From a virus, in IMG/VR virus record IMGVR_UViG_3300021478_000016, positions 64,001 through 128,000 of that record: 64,000 nucleotides of DNA. One strand, written 5' to 3'. The number at the start of each line of letters is the position of its first letter. The stretch's first letter is position 1. This document shows positions 46,177 to 55,267 of this stretch, in pieces. The position numbers were made by a program, and so were the translations under genes. Below the pieces are notes generated by a model. The model was not told the DNA's origin. It saw nothing but the letters and a program-made list of their open reading frames with translations, and did not search any database.

Positions 46177-46326
46177 ATGGATCTGGACACCTTCAAGAAG
46201 AAGCTCAAGAGCAACGGCTACGACGGCGCCACCGGCGCGAAGCGCGCACTCGGTCGCGTCAACATGACGAAGAACGAGAAGGCGCAGGCACGCGCTGCCA
46301 TCGACCGCAAGTACAAGGGGAAGTAG
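46177..46326 (+). CDS. 49-aa basic microprotein
   Basis: Hand translation MDLDTFKKKLKSNGYDGATGAKRALGRVNMTKNEKAQARAAIDRKYKGK*; GAGG SD. Confidence 0.7.
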   Translation: MDLDTFKKKLKSNGYDGATGAKRALGRVNMTKNEKAQARAAIDRKYKGK

Positions 46327-46329
46327 CTC

Positions 46330-47118
46330 ATGACCTCCAAGGAACAGGCGATCTACGACGCCTTCATCAAGCGCCTCAACGGCGAGACCGTCGATGGGAA
46401 ACCGCCGTTCAAGGAGTTCGTCAACGCGGCCAAGTCCCTCGCCAAGTCCATGGTCACGCAGAAGGTCAAGGACGAGCTGCGGAGCATCGCCGAGACGAAG
46501 TTCGGTCGCGGTGGGGCTGCGGCACCACCGAAGAAGGGCAAGAAGGGTGGTGAGCCGGAGGAGCCGACGCTCTCGCAGGTCGTCGAGACCGCCGAGCTTC
46601 CGAAGCCGGTCCCGCCCTCGAGGATGCCGGTGTACAACACCATCCCCGAAGGCGCCTCGGCCAAGCTGGAGTTCCTGCGTCAGGCGATCGACAACAACGT
46701 CCGCGTCATCCACGGTCTGATGGAGGCCAAGGCTGCGGACCCGAGCGCCGACGTCTCGGAGATCCAGGACGCCATCAACAAGCTGACTCTCTTCAATCAG
46801 CAGCACAACGACGAGGTCGACATCATCCTGAAGATGGTCTTCCCGAGTGGTGGTCGCCCTCTCCTCTCGCAGAACGGTGGTCGCCTCACGCAGTCGGAAC
46901 CGGCAACACCCAACGGAACAACGGCCGCGCCGATGATGGCCCCTACCCCTCCGACACCGCCCACCACCACGCTCGGTCGCTCTCCGTTCGCCAAGCAGGA
47001 GATCAAGAACGTGGTCGTCACCGGCTTCCAGCCCCCCGACCGCGTTCAGCTCGCACCCGACCCGAAGGAGGTCGAGCTCCTGAAGAGGACGGCGCCCATC
47101 ACGTACGGCAAGCGCTAG
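46330..47118 (+). CDS. Hypothetical protein
   Basis: 262 aa; biased codon usage. Confidence 0.7.
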   Translation: MTSKEQAIYDAFIKRLNGETVDGKPPFKEFVNAAKSLAKSMVTQKVKDELRSIAETKFGRGGAAAPPKKGKKGGEPEEPTLSQVVETAELPKPVPPSRMPVYNTIPEGASAKLEFLRQAIDNNVRVIHGLMEAKAADPSADVSEIQDAINKLTLFNQQHNDEVDIILKMVFPSGGRPLLSQNGGRLTQSEPATPNGTTAAPMMAPTPPTPPTTTLGRSPFAKQEIKNVVVTGFQPPDRVQLAPDPKEVELLKRTAPITYGKR

Positions 47119-47145
47119 GCGCCCTCTCTTCTCCCTCGACCACAG

Positions 47146-47185
47146 CAGGCCGATCTCCTCCACGTTGTCGGAGGGGGTCGGCCTG
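47146..47185. other. 16-bp intergenic stem-loop (includes G-U pairs)
   Basis: CAGGCCGATCTCCTCC-N8-GGAGGGGGTCGGCCTG. Confidence 0.65.
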
Positions 47186-47200
47186 TCTAGTATTAGGCTC

Positions 47201-47491
47201 ATGAATCAGGCGCTGCGTGTACTTCGCCCGTTCTTGGGTGGATTGGGCAACTGGCGACCGGTCATCATCAAGTCCACGTACATCGACAAGCTCTCGATCG
47301 ATCTGGTCGACACCGGCATCGAGGTCACGGCCTTCTGGAAGGACAAGTCCTGGAAGAAGGTCTTTACGAACGGAGAACTACTCGGACATACTGCTACTCT
47401 TCCAGCAGAGGCCTGGCGTGTGCCAAGAGAGCCTTGCTACTGGGCGAGACAGATCATCGCAGCCATCTTGAACCAGCGAGGAGTGACATGA
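47201..47491 (+). CDS. Hypothetical protein (possibly leaderless)
   Basis: TAGTAT 7 nt before the ATG; no SD. Confidence 0.6.
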   Translation: MNQALRVLRPFLGGLGNWRPVIIKSTYIDKLSIDLVDTGIEVTAFWKDKSWKKVFTNGELLGHTATLPAEAWRVPREPCYWARQIIAAILNQRGVT

Positions 47492-47892
47492 CCCAGCCCG
47501 TTCCCACCAGCCTGACTCTCACGACGGACCAGTACACGGCGCTGGTCGCTCTTGCTCGAGTCGGGGCGCAGTCGCAGAACGGAGACCAGCTCGCTCTCGA
47601 GGCATTCCTCGTGCAGATCGAGAGGAACAACGGCGTCACCCGCTATCTCTTGTGGGTGCGCTGGCAGGAGTTGGACGAGCCTCTCCCGGCGACCGTGAGT
47701 TTCCCCACGAACTGGCCGCCCAACCTTTCGAAGAGCATCCAGCTCCTCAATCGACCCGTGGCCAAGGTCGATGTGGAGGCGGTGCTCACGCAGTACGCGA
47801 GGAACCCCACCAACGTGATGGTCACACCGGACCCGAACGCGTTGCTTGGCTGGTCGACGCTCGATCAGTACTTCAACAACGAGGTTCCGTGA
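47488..47892 (+). CDS. Hypothetical protein
   Basis: GAGGAG SD; ATGA overlap. Confidence 0.7.
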   Translation: MTQPVPTSLTLTTDQYTALVALARVGAQSQNGDQLALEAFLVQIERNNGVTRYLLWVRWQELDEPLPATVSFPTNWPPNLSKSIQLLNRPVAKVDVEAVLTQYARNPTNVMVTPDPNALLGWSTLDQYFNNEVP

Positions 47893-48056
47893 TGGACAAA
47901 GAGCAGGACTGTCACGTAGGTCACAGCATCGAAGAGCTTCCAGATCTTCCAGATGGATCTAAGCGGGCTTGGTGTAGAACCTGTCAGAGGCTGTTGGTTA
48001 CCATCTTCAAGCCGCTAGAGTCGATTCACATCACCCTCAAGTTCGAAGCCGAATGA
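47892..48056 (+). CDS. Small Cys/His protein
   Basis: CHVGH...CRTC; coupled on both sides. Confidence 0.5.
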   Translation: MDKEQDCHVGHSIEELPDLPDGSKRAWCRTCQRLLVTIFKPLESIHITLKFEAE

Positions 48057-48427
48057 AGGCGTTCCTCCACATCCAGGGCTATCTTCTGGTGGCCCGAGAC
48101 CAGCAGATCATTCAGGAGCTCATCGAGCTGGCAAAGACAGGCGCTGGCTCATGGCTCAAGGCCACTCCTGTGGCGCTCGACGCGTACAGCATCAAGCTCG
48201 AGGCCGTCGAGGAGACGCTCTCTCCCGGAGAAGAGCACGAGTTCCTCGAGTTCCTGCACATGCTGGGTGAGAAGTACCCAGGCAAGATCTCCGGAGAGTT
48301 CGAAGTGTGGTGGCCGATGGCTGTCGAATCGGGCCCGCAATGGTGGCAGCTAGACAAAGATGGAAAGCTCTACATCACTGAAAGTGATATAATCCGCGGG
48401 GAGCGTGCTCCCTATGACAAGGCCTAA
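48053..48427 (+). CDS. Hypothetical protein
   Basis: ATGA overlap; 124 aa. Confidence 0.65.
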   Translation: MKAFLHIQGYLLVARDQQIIQELIELAKTGAGSWLKATPVALDAYSIKLEAVEETLSPGEEHEFLEFLHMLGEKYPGKISGEFEVWWPMAVESGPQWWQLDKDGKLYITESDIIRGERAPYDKA

Positions 48428-48878
48428 GAGATGTGCTTGCGGTAGACCGACACAAGCAAAAGGTCTCTGCAATGCGTGCTATCTGAAACGATGGCGCAAG
48501 AATAATCCTGAGCGATCCCGGGCTATCAATATTCGGTACCGCAAGAAGAATAAACAAGCGATCCTTAGATGGAACCGGCAGTACAACAAGAAGTATTACG
48601 AAGAGAATCGTGAAGTCATCTTCTTCAGAACCATCAAGAGGAAGTACAAGATCTCACGAGAAGAATATGAAGCCTTATTGATCCAACAGGACGGTCGCTG
48701 TGCCATCTGTCGGAGAAAACCCTCACCTGGCAAAAGGCTTGGAGTTGATCATTGCCATAAGAAACTCAAGATCAGAAAGCTTCTATGTACTAATTGCAAT
48801 GCCGGGCTAGGAAACTTCAAGGATAGTCTAAAGCTACTGAGGCTAGCGATCGAATATCTGATGCTGTACAAGGAGTAG
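48414..48878 (+). CDS. Endonuclease VII-family nuclease (second copy)
   Basis: AKGLCNACY; KYKISREEY...QDGRCAIC...LGVDHCH..IRKLLCTNCNAGLGNFKD; visibly AT-richer than its flanks. Confidence 0.88.
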   Translation: MTRPKRCACGRPTQAKGLCNACYLKRWRKNNPERSRAINIRYRKKNKQAILRWNRQYNKKYYEENREVIFFRTIKRKYKISREEYEALLIQQDGRCAICRRKPSPGKRLGVDHCHKKLKIRKLLCTNCNAGLGNFKDSLKLLRLAIEYLMLYKE

Positions 48879-48881
48879 TTC

Positions 48882-49421
48882 ATGGACAACGACAAGGTGA
48901 TCGCAATCGTGGCTGTCTTCGTCTTGGTGATCGCTGTGGCCATGGCCCTGCGTTCCCTCTTCATGAAGAAGACGAGAGAGCTCGCCCAAGACGTCCACAT
49001 GGCCAACGCCCTCGAGGCATTCGGAGAGCAGGTACCTCGCTGCCTGTGTGGAGAGCCGGCCACCGAGCCGATGCCAGTGCTGCGTCGTGACCGCGGAACG
49101 TTCGACTTCCTTCGCAAGCTGTTCGCTGCCCCACCACGCTACGTCAGGTACGTCGACAAGAACGCTGCGCCTGCGCTCTGTGCCGTCCATGCACACGTCG
49201 CCGACGCGAAGATGGACGAGTTCATCTTCCAGCGCGTGAGAGCTGTCTTCGCCGTGGCCAACGCGACGGTGGCCATCGAGGCGGCCGGCTTCGAACGTGA
49301 GTCCCTGGCGAAGCACCTCGAGGGTTCGCTCACGGATAGGGAGAGGAAGTCTCTGCGCAAGACGACCAACAACGTGATCTCCCTGGCGGTGAACGGCGAT
49401 GCCCGAGAATCCTCCGGCTGA
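48882..49421 (+). CDS. Membrane-anchored protein with Cys/His ligands
   Basis: N-terminal TM segment; CLCG...CAVH. Confidence 0.7.
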   Translation: MDNDKVIAIVAVFVLVIAVAMALRSLFMKKTRELAQDVHMANALEAFGEQVPRCLCGEPATEPMPVLRRDRGTFDFLRKLFAAPPRYVRYVDKNAAPALCAVHAHVADAKMDEFIFQRVRAVFAVANATVAIEAAGFERESLAKHLEGSLTDRERKSLRKTTNNVISLAVNGDARESSG

Positions 49422-49422
49422 T

Positions 49423-49430
49423 GGCATAAG
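49423..49430 (+). promoter_or_regulatory. GGnATAAG promoter-like motif
   Basis: GGCATAAG immediately before the SD of 49444. Confidence 0.55.
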
Positions 49431-49443
49431 AAGAGGAGGAGAG

Positions 49444-49830
49444 ATGCGGTGCATGAACTGCGCTGCCTCTCTTCCTTCTTCGGACGCCAAGTTCTTCCAG
49501 GGCGTCCTCGTCTGTTCTTCATGCGAAGAGTCAGCGAAGCGTCTTCTCGCGTGGCGGCTGCGGCAGATTGAACATCTGCGAACCGCTGCACGAGAAGAGA
49601 TTCGTCTGCTCTTGGTCGAGGGTCGCCTGCACTTGGGACCTCTCGAGCTGAAGGACAAGCCGGAGATGCCTGCGCTCCTCCGGCCTCTACCCCTACTCGT
49701 GGAGGCAAGACATGCTGCTCGAACTCGCACTGGCTCTGGGAATCCGCCAAGCCAACCCGTACCTCAAGATGGAGACAGCTCAGAAGTGGGCGAGCGTGGT
49801 GGTACAGGAGTCGGAGGACAAGGGACTTGA
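49444..49830 (+). CDS. Zn-finger hypothetical protein
   Basis: CMNC...CSSC; GGAGG SD. Confidence 0.6.
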   Translation: MRCMNCAASLPSSDAKFFQGVLVCSSCEESAKRLLAWRLRQIEHLRTAAREEIRLLLVEGRLHLGPLELKDKPEMPALLRPLPLLVEARHAARTRTGSGNPPSQPVPQDGDSSEVGERGGTGVGGQGT

Positions 49831-50176
49831 TCCCTGGCTCTTCTTCGCCATCATCCGCCACGAATCTTGGTGGATTCCTTCCGTCATCCACCGTGAGAAG
49901 GGTGATGCATGTGACGTCGGTCTGGGGCAGATCTTGCTCGTTCGGTGCCGAAGAGTCGATGTGCTTCCTCTTCTCGACCCCGTCATCAACCTCAGGAGAT
50001 CTGCGCAGGTCCAGAAGACGGCCATGGACTACTGCACGGAACGTACCTGCACGAAAGACTGGCTCTTCCTGTACAATCACAGCTCGACGTACGTCAGGCT
50101 CGTGAAACACGAAGCAGAAGAGGCCCGTCATGAATTCGAACTCCTTGCCCAAAGGGCAGCTCCCTCCTCGCGTTGA
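49712..50176 (+). CDS. SLT/lysozyme-like transglycosylase
   Basis: LDPWLFFAIIRHES, DVGLGQI, LLDPVINL and YN. Confidence 0.8.
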   Translation: MLLELALALGIRQANPYLKMETAQKWASVVVQESEDKGLDPWLFFAIIRHESWWIPSVIHREKGDACDVGLGQILLVRCRRVDVLPLLDPVINLRRSAQVQKTAMDYCTERTCTKDWLFLYNHSSTYVRLVKHEAEEARHEFELLAQRAAPSSR

Positions 50177-50423
50177 AGCCATCTGGGGAGACTTCGAAGC
50201 CGACTGTGCCTGGAACGGCAGCGGCTGTGGCTTCAAGGGCTTGAAGTTCAAGGCAGCACATTCTGGGGGTCTTCGGGTGGGCGACATCGTCTACCAAGAC
50301 CCCCAGAACCACTTCTTTGGGAGGTGTCCAAAGTGTCAACGCTACTGCATGAAGGTCACGAAGGTTCCGCAGGTGGCTCCGCCCCCGGGACCGAAGGGCT
50401 TCACGAAGATCCCCACAACGTAG
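50130..50423 (+). CDS. Small Zn-ribbon protein
   Basis: C..GC and CPKC. Confidence 0.6.
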   Translation: MNSNSLPKGQLPPRVEAIWGDFEADCAWNGSGCGFKGLKFKAAHSGGLRVGDIVYQDPQNHFFGRCPKCQRYCMKVTKVPQVAPPPGPKGFTKIPTT

Positions 50424-50839
50424 TCCTATCGATCAACGGCTACGAAGACAAGCAGGGATACGCCGACAAGCTCTTGTCGGAAGTCATCCGACGATGGCAT
50501 GTCGACGGTGACTCGTACATCAACTGGAAGCGGATCGCCATCCCGCGGCTGTACCTCGAGCATGCAGCCCACCTTCTCTTTATCCAGGGGATCAGCCCAA
50601 CGCAGTTCTTCATGGCGTCGGGGCTGACCTGGTACCGGGACGGAGTCCATCACGAGATACCCGGTCCCTTGATCTTTATCTCCGGCGCTCTCTCCGCCCC
50701 CTACGAAGTGCCGGCGCACTTCTCCAAGCTCGTTCTCGGGCAGCTCATGAAGGCGAGCTCGGAGAAGGTGAAGGTCGCAGATACCTGTCTGGCCATGGCC
50801 AGGTACGAGGCCCAACGCCATCTGAAACGCGGCGCTTGA
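50324..50839 (+). CDS. Hypothetical protein (start uncertain)
   Basis: Protein-like from about 50420 onward. Confidence 0.5.
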   Translation: MSKVSTLLHEGHEGSAGGSAPGTEGLHEDPHNVVLSINGYEDKQGYADKLLSEVIRRWHVDGDSYINWKRIAIPRLYLEHAAHLLFIQGISPTQFFMASGLTWYRDGVHHEIPGPLIFISGALSAPYEVPAHFSKLVLGQLMKASSEKVKVADTCLAMARYEAQRHLKRGA

Positions 50840-50894
50840 AACGGTGCAAGCACCGCTATACTGTACAGACAATGGCCCCACACATGAGGTCCCG

Positions 50895-52073
50895 ATGAGT
50901 CAAGGTGACAAGCAAGGAATCGCTCCGCCTGGTGGACGCCCGCCGGCGGGCCCACAGGCGGCGGCGTACGGCGCGGGAGCGGCGGCACGGACGGCAGGGC
51001 CGGCGAAGTACGGCACTCCTCGAGCGGGTGGGCCGCCGCCGCCCATCCCTCCGCTCGATGGTCCTCCGGGGGAAGGGATGACGATGGCTGCGATGGCGAT
51101 GGCGCAGCGTCAACCTCCTCGGCCGCCGGGGTCCATCCTCACGACCAAGGAGCAGATGCAGGGACCGGACATTCGTCCGACGGACTTGCTGCCGGCCGAG
51201 GCGCAGTCGGACGCCGGCTTCATTCAGGGCTCCGGTTCCATGTACGCCGCTGCTCAGCCAGCGCTTGCCATGAAGTACGGCGTCGTGCGGGAGGGTCGTC
51301 GCATTCCTCCGCAGCAGCTCATGGCTCGTCAGCAGGGGCCGGGAGGGCAGCCTCGAGCTCCTCTGCGCACGGAGACGATCGAGGGTCTCAAGAAGCTCGG
51401 CGAGCTCGCCAGCAATGAGATCGGCAGTGAGCGAGCAGCCAATGCCGCGGCCGAGAAGGAGAGTGAGCAGGGGCCAGCGGGTCGGGCTGCTGCCATCGGC
51501 CTCCCTCCCGGTTCTGGTGGGGAGGGGGGTGAACGTCTCAGCGATGAAGAGATCAAGAAGCGTCTCGCTGGGATGGACGAGTTCGACCTGAACAATGTCC
51601 ACGAGATGATGGTCAAGGACATCATCAACAACGAAGAACAGCGCAAGATCGTGGAGGCGCGGCTCGAACCGCTCAACCTGGCCGACCTGGTCGTCAACTT
51701 CACCGTCACCCAGCGCGTCCCCATCATCCCGGGCGTGTTCGAAGTGGAGTACGAGTCGACGAGTGGCGAAGACGACCTCTGCATCAAGAAGATGCTGGTC
51801 GAGGAAGCCAAGAGCCTCAAGGTCGACGACCGCTACTTGCTCGACAAGTACTCGCTCATGGGGCTGGCCTGTGCCGTCAAGAGCATCAACGGCAAGCCCC
51901 TCGGCAGTCACCGAGACAACGAGGGCAACTTCAACGAAGAGGCTCTCGATAAGAAGTTCAAGAGGCTTCTCAAGATGCCACTGCCGATGCTCGCAGCGAT
52001 CGGCCCGCACTACTTCTGGTTCGACATGCGAGTGCGGAAACTTTTCGTCGCGGAGACAATAAAAAATGGCTAG
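50895..52073 (+). CDS. Tail assembly chaperone-like protein (short form)
   Basis: Pro-rich N-terminus, acidic core LACAVKSING; ends at the slippery site A AAA AAT. Confidence 0.65.
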   Translation: MSQGDKQGIAPPGGRPPAGPQAAAYGAGAAARTAGPAKYGTPRAGGPPPPIPPLDGPPGEGMTMAAMAMAQRQPPRPPGSILTTKEQMQGPDIRPTDLLPAEAQSDAGFIQGSGSMYAAAQPALAMKYGVVREGRRIPPQQLMARQQGPGGQPRAPLRTETIEGLKKLGELASNEIGSERAANAAAEKESEQGPAGRAAAIGLPPGSGGEGGERLSDEEIKKRLAGMDEFDLNNVHEMMVKDIINNEEQRKIVEARLEPLNLADLVVNFTVTQRVPIIPGVFEVEYESTSGEDDLCIKKMLVEEAKSLKVDDRYLLDKYSLMGLACAVKSINGKPLGSHRDNEGNFNEEALDKKFKRLLKMPLPMLAAIGPHYFWFDMRVRKLFVAETIKNG

Positions 52074-52507
52074 AGACTCCTGAAGGCTGGGCGCTGGCCA
52101 ATCTCGTCCTTCAAACAGCGAGTAGTCCGCCCAAGCGAGGATCACTTCGGGAGTCTGTCCTTTTTGCTCTGATCCTCAAAAAGGAAGACATCGAGACAGC
52201 ACGTACGAAGGTTCTCATCCAGTCCCTCCTAGAGAAGGAGCACACGCAAGACGCCTGGAAGCAGTTCATCACCATCGCCTATCCCTGGGCAGAGACGGCC
52301 AAGAAGAGGGAGATTGGCGAGTGGGCCAAGCGTCTGTCCCAAGAAGTTGCTCGAGGACCTCTCGTCATCACAGCGCAAGCAGATCCCTCCTTCCGAAGCC
52401 GGCTCAAGACACGCGTCGTCGACCGGGAGATGCTCAACCCGCAAGCCGCCGCCGCAGTCGCCAGGCTCTCCAAGAAGCTCAGACCAACCATTCCATCCAA
52501 GCCATGA
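52061..52507 (+). CDS. -1 frameshift extension (about 146 aa) of 50895-52073
   Basis: Open -1 frame WLETPEGWALANL...IPSKP* with no early start codon; its TGA overlaps the next ATG at 52504. Confidence 0.8.
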   Translation, partial: KKWLETPEGWALANLVLQTASSPPKRGSLRESVLFALILKKEDIETARTKVLIQSLLEKEHTQDAWKQFITIAYPWAETAKKREIGEWAKRLSQEVARGPLVITAQADPSFRSRLKTRVVDREMLNPQAAAAVARLSKKLRPTIPSKP

Positions 52508-52902
52508 ACCCTACAGTCGCAAAAGCTCAGTTCTGTCCTCGCTGCCACAGTCCGGCGGTGGAGTTCGGAACGGTCATCGTGGAGAGTGGCCCGGCCAAGT
52601 GCAATGCATGCGGTTGGGCGGGGACCAGGAAGGAGCTGCTCGTCACTCCCTACATGCACAACATGGGGAGTGACGAGCAAGTACTCACCCAGTTCGTCTC
52701 GGACTTCCGCGGTGTCTTCACCAAGGAGTGTGCGGTCGCAATCGGTCGTTGGCTTGCTCGTTGGGGTTTCCTCGCGAAGGACGATCCGAAGGAGCAGGCC
52801 AAGGCTCTGGCGAAGTACATGACGAACATCTCTCGAGCGTGCATCACGGCAATCCTCGAGACTCGTCAGGCGATCGAGAAGGAGAAGAAGAATGTCTCAT
52901 AG
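52504..52902 (+). CDS. Zn-ribbon protein
   Basis: FCPRC...CNACGW. Confidence 0.7.
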   Translation: MNPTVAKAQFCPRCHSPAVEFGTVIVESGPAKCNACGWAGTRKELLVTPYMHNMGSDEQVLTQFVSDFRGVFTKECAVAIGRWLARWGFLAKDDPKEQAKALAKYMTNISRACITAILETRQAIEKEKKNVS

Positions 52903-53212
52903 CCCTCCGCTCGAGGATGTGCCGGGTCAGCTTGGGATGAAGGCGGTCCCCGGCGAGACGAAGACGGACATGCCTCGTTGCTTCCTCGATGCAGATCGAG
53001 GTTGCGGTCCGGACTGCATGGCCTACCTGACGCACCCGCCGACCGATTCTGACTACCGAGATCAGACGTGGGCTCGCTGTCATCTACTGGTCAATGCCAA
53101 TCGTGCTGGCAAGCACCTGGTCATCTTGGCCTCCATCGGCTCCCAGATGCTCAAGAGGCATGAGCCAGGACCGCCCAACCCGAACGATATCGCTCCGCCG
53201 AAGGTGGTCTGA
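52892..53212 (+). CDS. Small Cys-rich protein
   Basis: CFLDADRGCGPDCMAY...C. Confidence 0.65.
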   Translation: MSHSPPLEDVPGQLGMKAVPGETKTDMPRCFLDADRGCGPDCMAYLTHPPTDSDYRDQTWARCHLLVNANRAGKHLVILASIGSQMLKRHEPGPPNPNDIAPPKVV

Positions 53213-53213
53213 C

Positions 53214-53693
53214 ATGGGCATCCAGGTAGAGATCGTCCGTGTGGTTCAGGAGCTCAACCTCTCCACCATGCAGACCGACAGGCAGCTTATCCTGCGCCTC
53301 CCTACGGGTTCGGAGGTGAAGCTCACTGTGAGCGAGGAGGACCTGAAGCAGATCATCGTAGCTGGGGCTCAGCAGGTCTCTGATGTGAGTCATGCCGTCT
53401 CTGTTGTATCGGACTCAAAGTCAGAGGGGGCTGTCGCTTCAACAAAGCTCAGCTTCGAGACCACGACGATGGAAGACGAAGCCGCTGTCGAGTTTGGGGG
53501 AGGGGGTACACAACCGGTCCCCAAGGCGGAGCCTCAGCCTCCTCCGACGTCGCCGCAGATTCCCTCTCGCCGGCGTACGGTGACGACGGACGCGGCGGGC
53601 TATCCCGTGGTGCACGGGACGGGTGGTGTGGATCCTGGGGAGATCGCGAGCAACGAGGGACCTCTCGATGAGGATGGAGTCGGCTCCGTATGA
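53214..53693 (+). CDS. Hypothetical protein
   Basis: Coupled ORF. Confidence 0.6.
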   Translation: MGIQVEIVRVVQELNLSTMQTDRQLILRLPTGSEVKLTVSEEDLKQIIVAGAQQVSDVSHAVSVVSDSKSEGAVASTKLSFETTTMEDEAAVEFGGGGTQPVPKAEPQPPPTSPQIPSRRRTVTTDAAGYPVVHGTGGVDPGEIASNEGPLDEDGVGSV

Positions 53694-54172
53694 TGCTCGT
53701 GCTCTGCACTGACCCGAACTGCAAGACCGTCACGAGGGTGCTGGCCACCTCCGTGGTGGAGCTCACTGGTCTAGTGGGTGAGCGCAGTGAGTGGTGGCCG
53801 AACAACTACCACTGCACTGGATGCAACGGGCAGGCGACCGCCGTCTACGAGTCCGAGGTCGACCCCAACGACTTTCGAGACTTCGAGAAGAAGGAGATCG
53901 AGGCCCAGGACTTCTTCCGCTTCATGATGGGGGTGGGTCTCCCTGAAGAGCAAGACTGCCGCATCGAGGTTCTCCAGAAGCTCTTCGCAGAGAACAAGGT
54001 CAAGAACATCGCCGGCAAGGTCATCACCGGCACTAAGAGGTTCTGCATTGAGTGGCTCGAGATGGAGAACGGTCAGCGTCTCTACTTCGGCTCGAGCACA
54101 CACGGAGCCACGATCTACCGCATCACCGAGAAGCCAAGCTATACGGAGAAGGCACTGGAGAATGGAAGCTGA
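53690..54172 (+). CDS. Zn-binding hypothetical protein
   Basis: CTDPNC...CTGC. Confidence 0.7.
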   Translation: MMLVLCTDPNCKTVTRVLATSVVELTGLVGERSEWWPNNYHCTGCNGQATAVYESEVDPNDFRDFEKKEIEAQDFFRFMMGVGLPEEQDCRIEVLQKLFAENKVKNIAGKVITGTKRFCIEWLEMENGQRLYFGSSTHGATIYRITEKPSYTEKALENGS

Positions 54173-54881
54173 TCTGATCATTCGGTACAAGCACGACGTG
54201 GATCACAACAAGGAGCACGTCTGCACGGGGGAGATGTTCTACCGTCACAGCGACGGCAGTCTGCCTCCGCATGGCCACTGGGAGTTCGAGAAGGAGCACT
54301 TCAAGAAGCTCCTCATCGAGGCGGCGAACCGCCTCAACAAGGACGACCGGTTCCACATCGAGAAGGTCGTCATCGAGCGGACAGACCGGCAGGGCCTCAA
54401 GCCCATCGTCCTCGACCATCCGACGCAGGAGATCTTGAAGGCGGACCCTGCGCTGGCCATCCGTCTTCTCAACTACGAGGGTCCAGCCGTCTTCTCGGGT
54501 GGTAAGAAGATCGAGCAGAAGCCCCTGCCGCCCCTTGTTTCTGGTTACGACACCTTGGCGGAAGCTCTTGGTGAGGACATCTACATCAGGCAGCACAAAG
54601 GCCTGGTCGAATGCCCCGGCTGCGGTCTGTGGAGCACGGGGAACAACCCGTTCACCTGCAAGAAGAAGTGCAAGATCTCCTTGCCGGTCACGTACACAGA
54701 GCAGTGGGCGAAGGTCAAGACTATCGACCTGCTCAATCTCAATCTGCCGAAGTACTTCATCCCCCGGGGCTTCAACAAGACCAAGCCCTGGATCTCCAAC
54801 AGCGACCTCAAGGGCCTCTACGAAGCGTGGAGAGCCATAGCGCAATCCAACATCGATCTGACCAAGGAGAACGTATCATGA
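54162..54881 (+). CDS. Hypothetical protein with a Zn ribbon
   Basis: ECPGCG...CKKKC. Confidence 0.7.
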   Translation: MEADLIIRYKHDVDHNKEHVCTGEMFYRHSDGSLPPHGHWEFEKEHFKKLLIEAANRLNKDDRFHIEKVVIERTDRQGLKPIVLDHPTQEILKADPALAIRLLNYEGPAVFSGGKKIEQKPLPPLVSGYDTLAEALGEDIYIRQHKGLVECPGCGLWSTGNNPFTCKKKCKISLPVTYTEQWAKVKTIDLLNLNLPKYFIPRGFNKTKPWISNSDLKGLYEAWRAIAQSNIDLTKENVS

Positions 54882-55267
54882 ACAACCCGTCCAACCCCCG
54901 CCTCCAGGGTGTCCGCAGCACGCGCCCTGCCCAACGTGACGCCGGCGCTCCTCGTACCGTCGTCGCCGTCGAGAGGGCGGAGTACTTCGCCGTGGCCTTC
55001 AACGACGAGCAGGGGCGCCTTCAGCGCACTGTCGTCCTGCGTGTCGCCGGCAAAGTCTACATGGCGCCCGGCGCCATCGAGTGGGCAGCCAGCCTCAAGC
55101 CGGCAGCCGGCTGGCTCGAGGCGGAGGTCAATCGTCAGGGGGGCGTCTCGGCGAGCGACGAGCTCGTCGCAGCAGCCCTGCCCACCAGCGACACGCTGGA
55201 CGTGCTCGACCAGACCGGGGGAGCGAAGCCGGAGGAGAGCGATGACGACAAGACTACGACCCCGTAA
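54878..55267 (+). CDS. Hypothetical protein
   Basis: AAGGAG SD; ATGA overlap. Confidence 0.65.
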   Translation: MNNPSNPRLQGVRSTRPAQRDAGAPRTVVAVERAEYFAVAFNDEQGRLQRTVVLRVAGKVYMAPGAIEWAASLKPAAGWLEAEVNRQGGVSASDELVAAALPTSDTLDVLDQTGGAKPEESDDDKTTTP

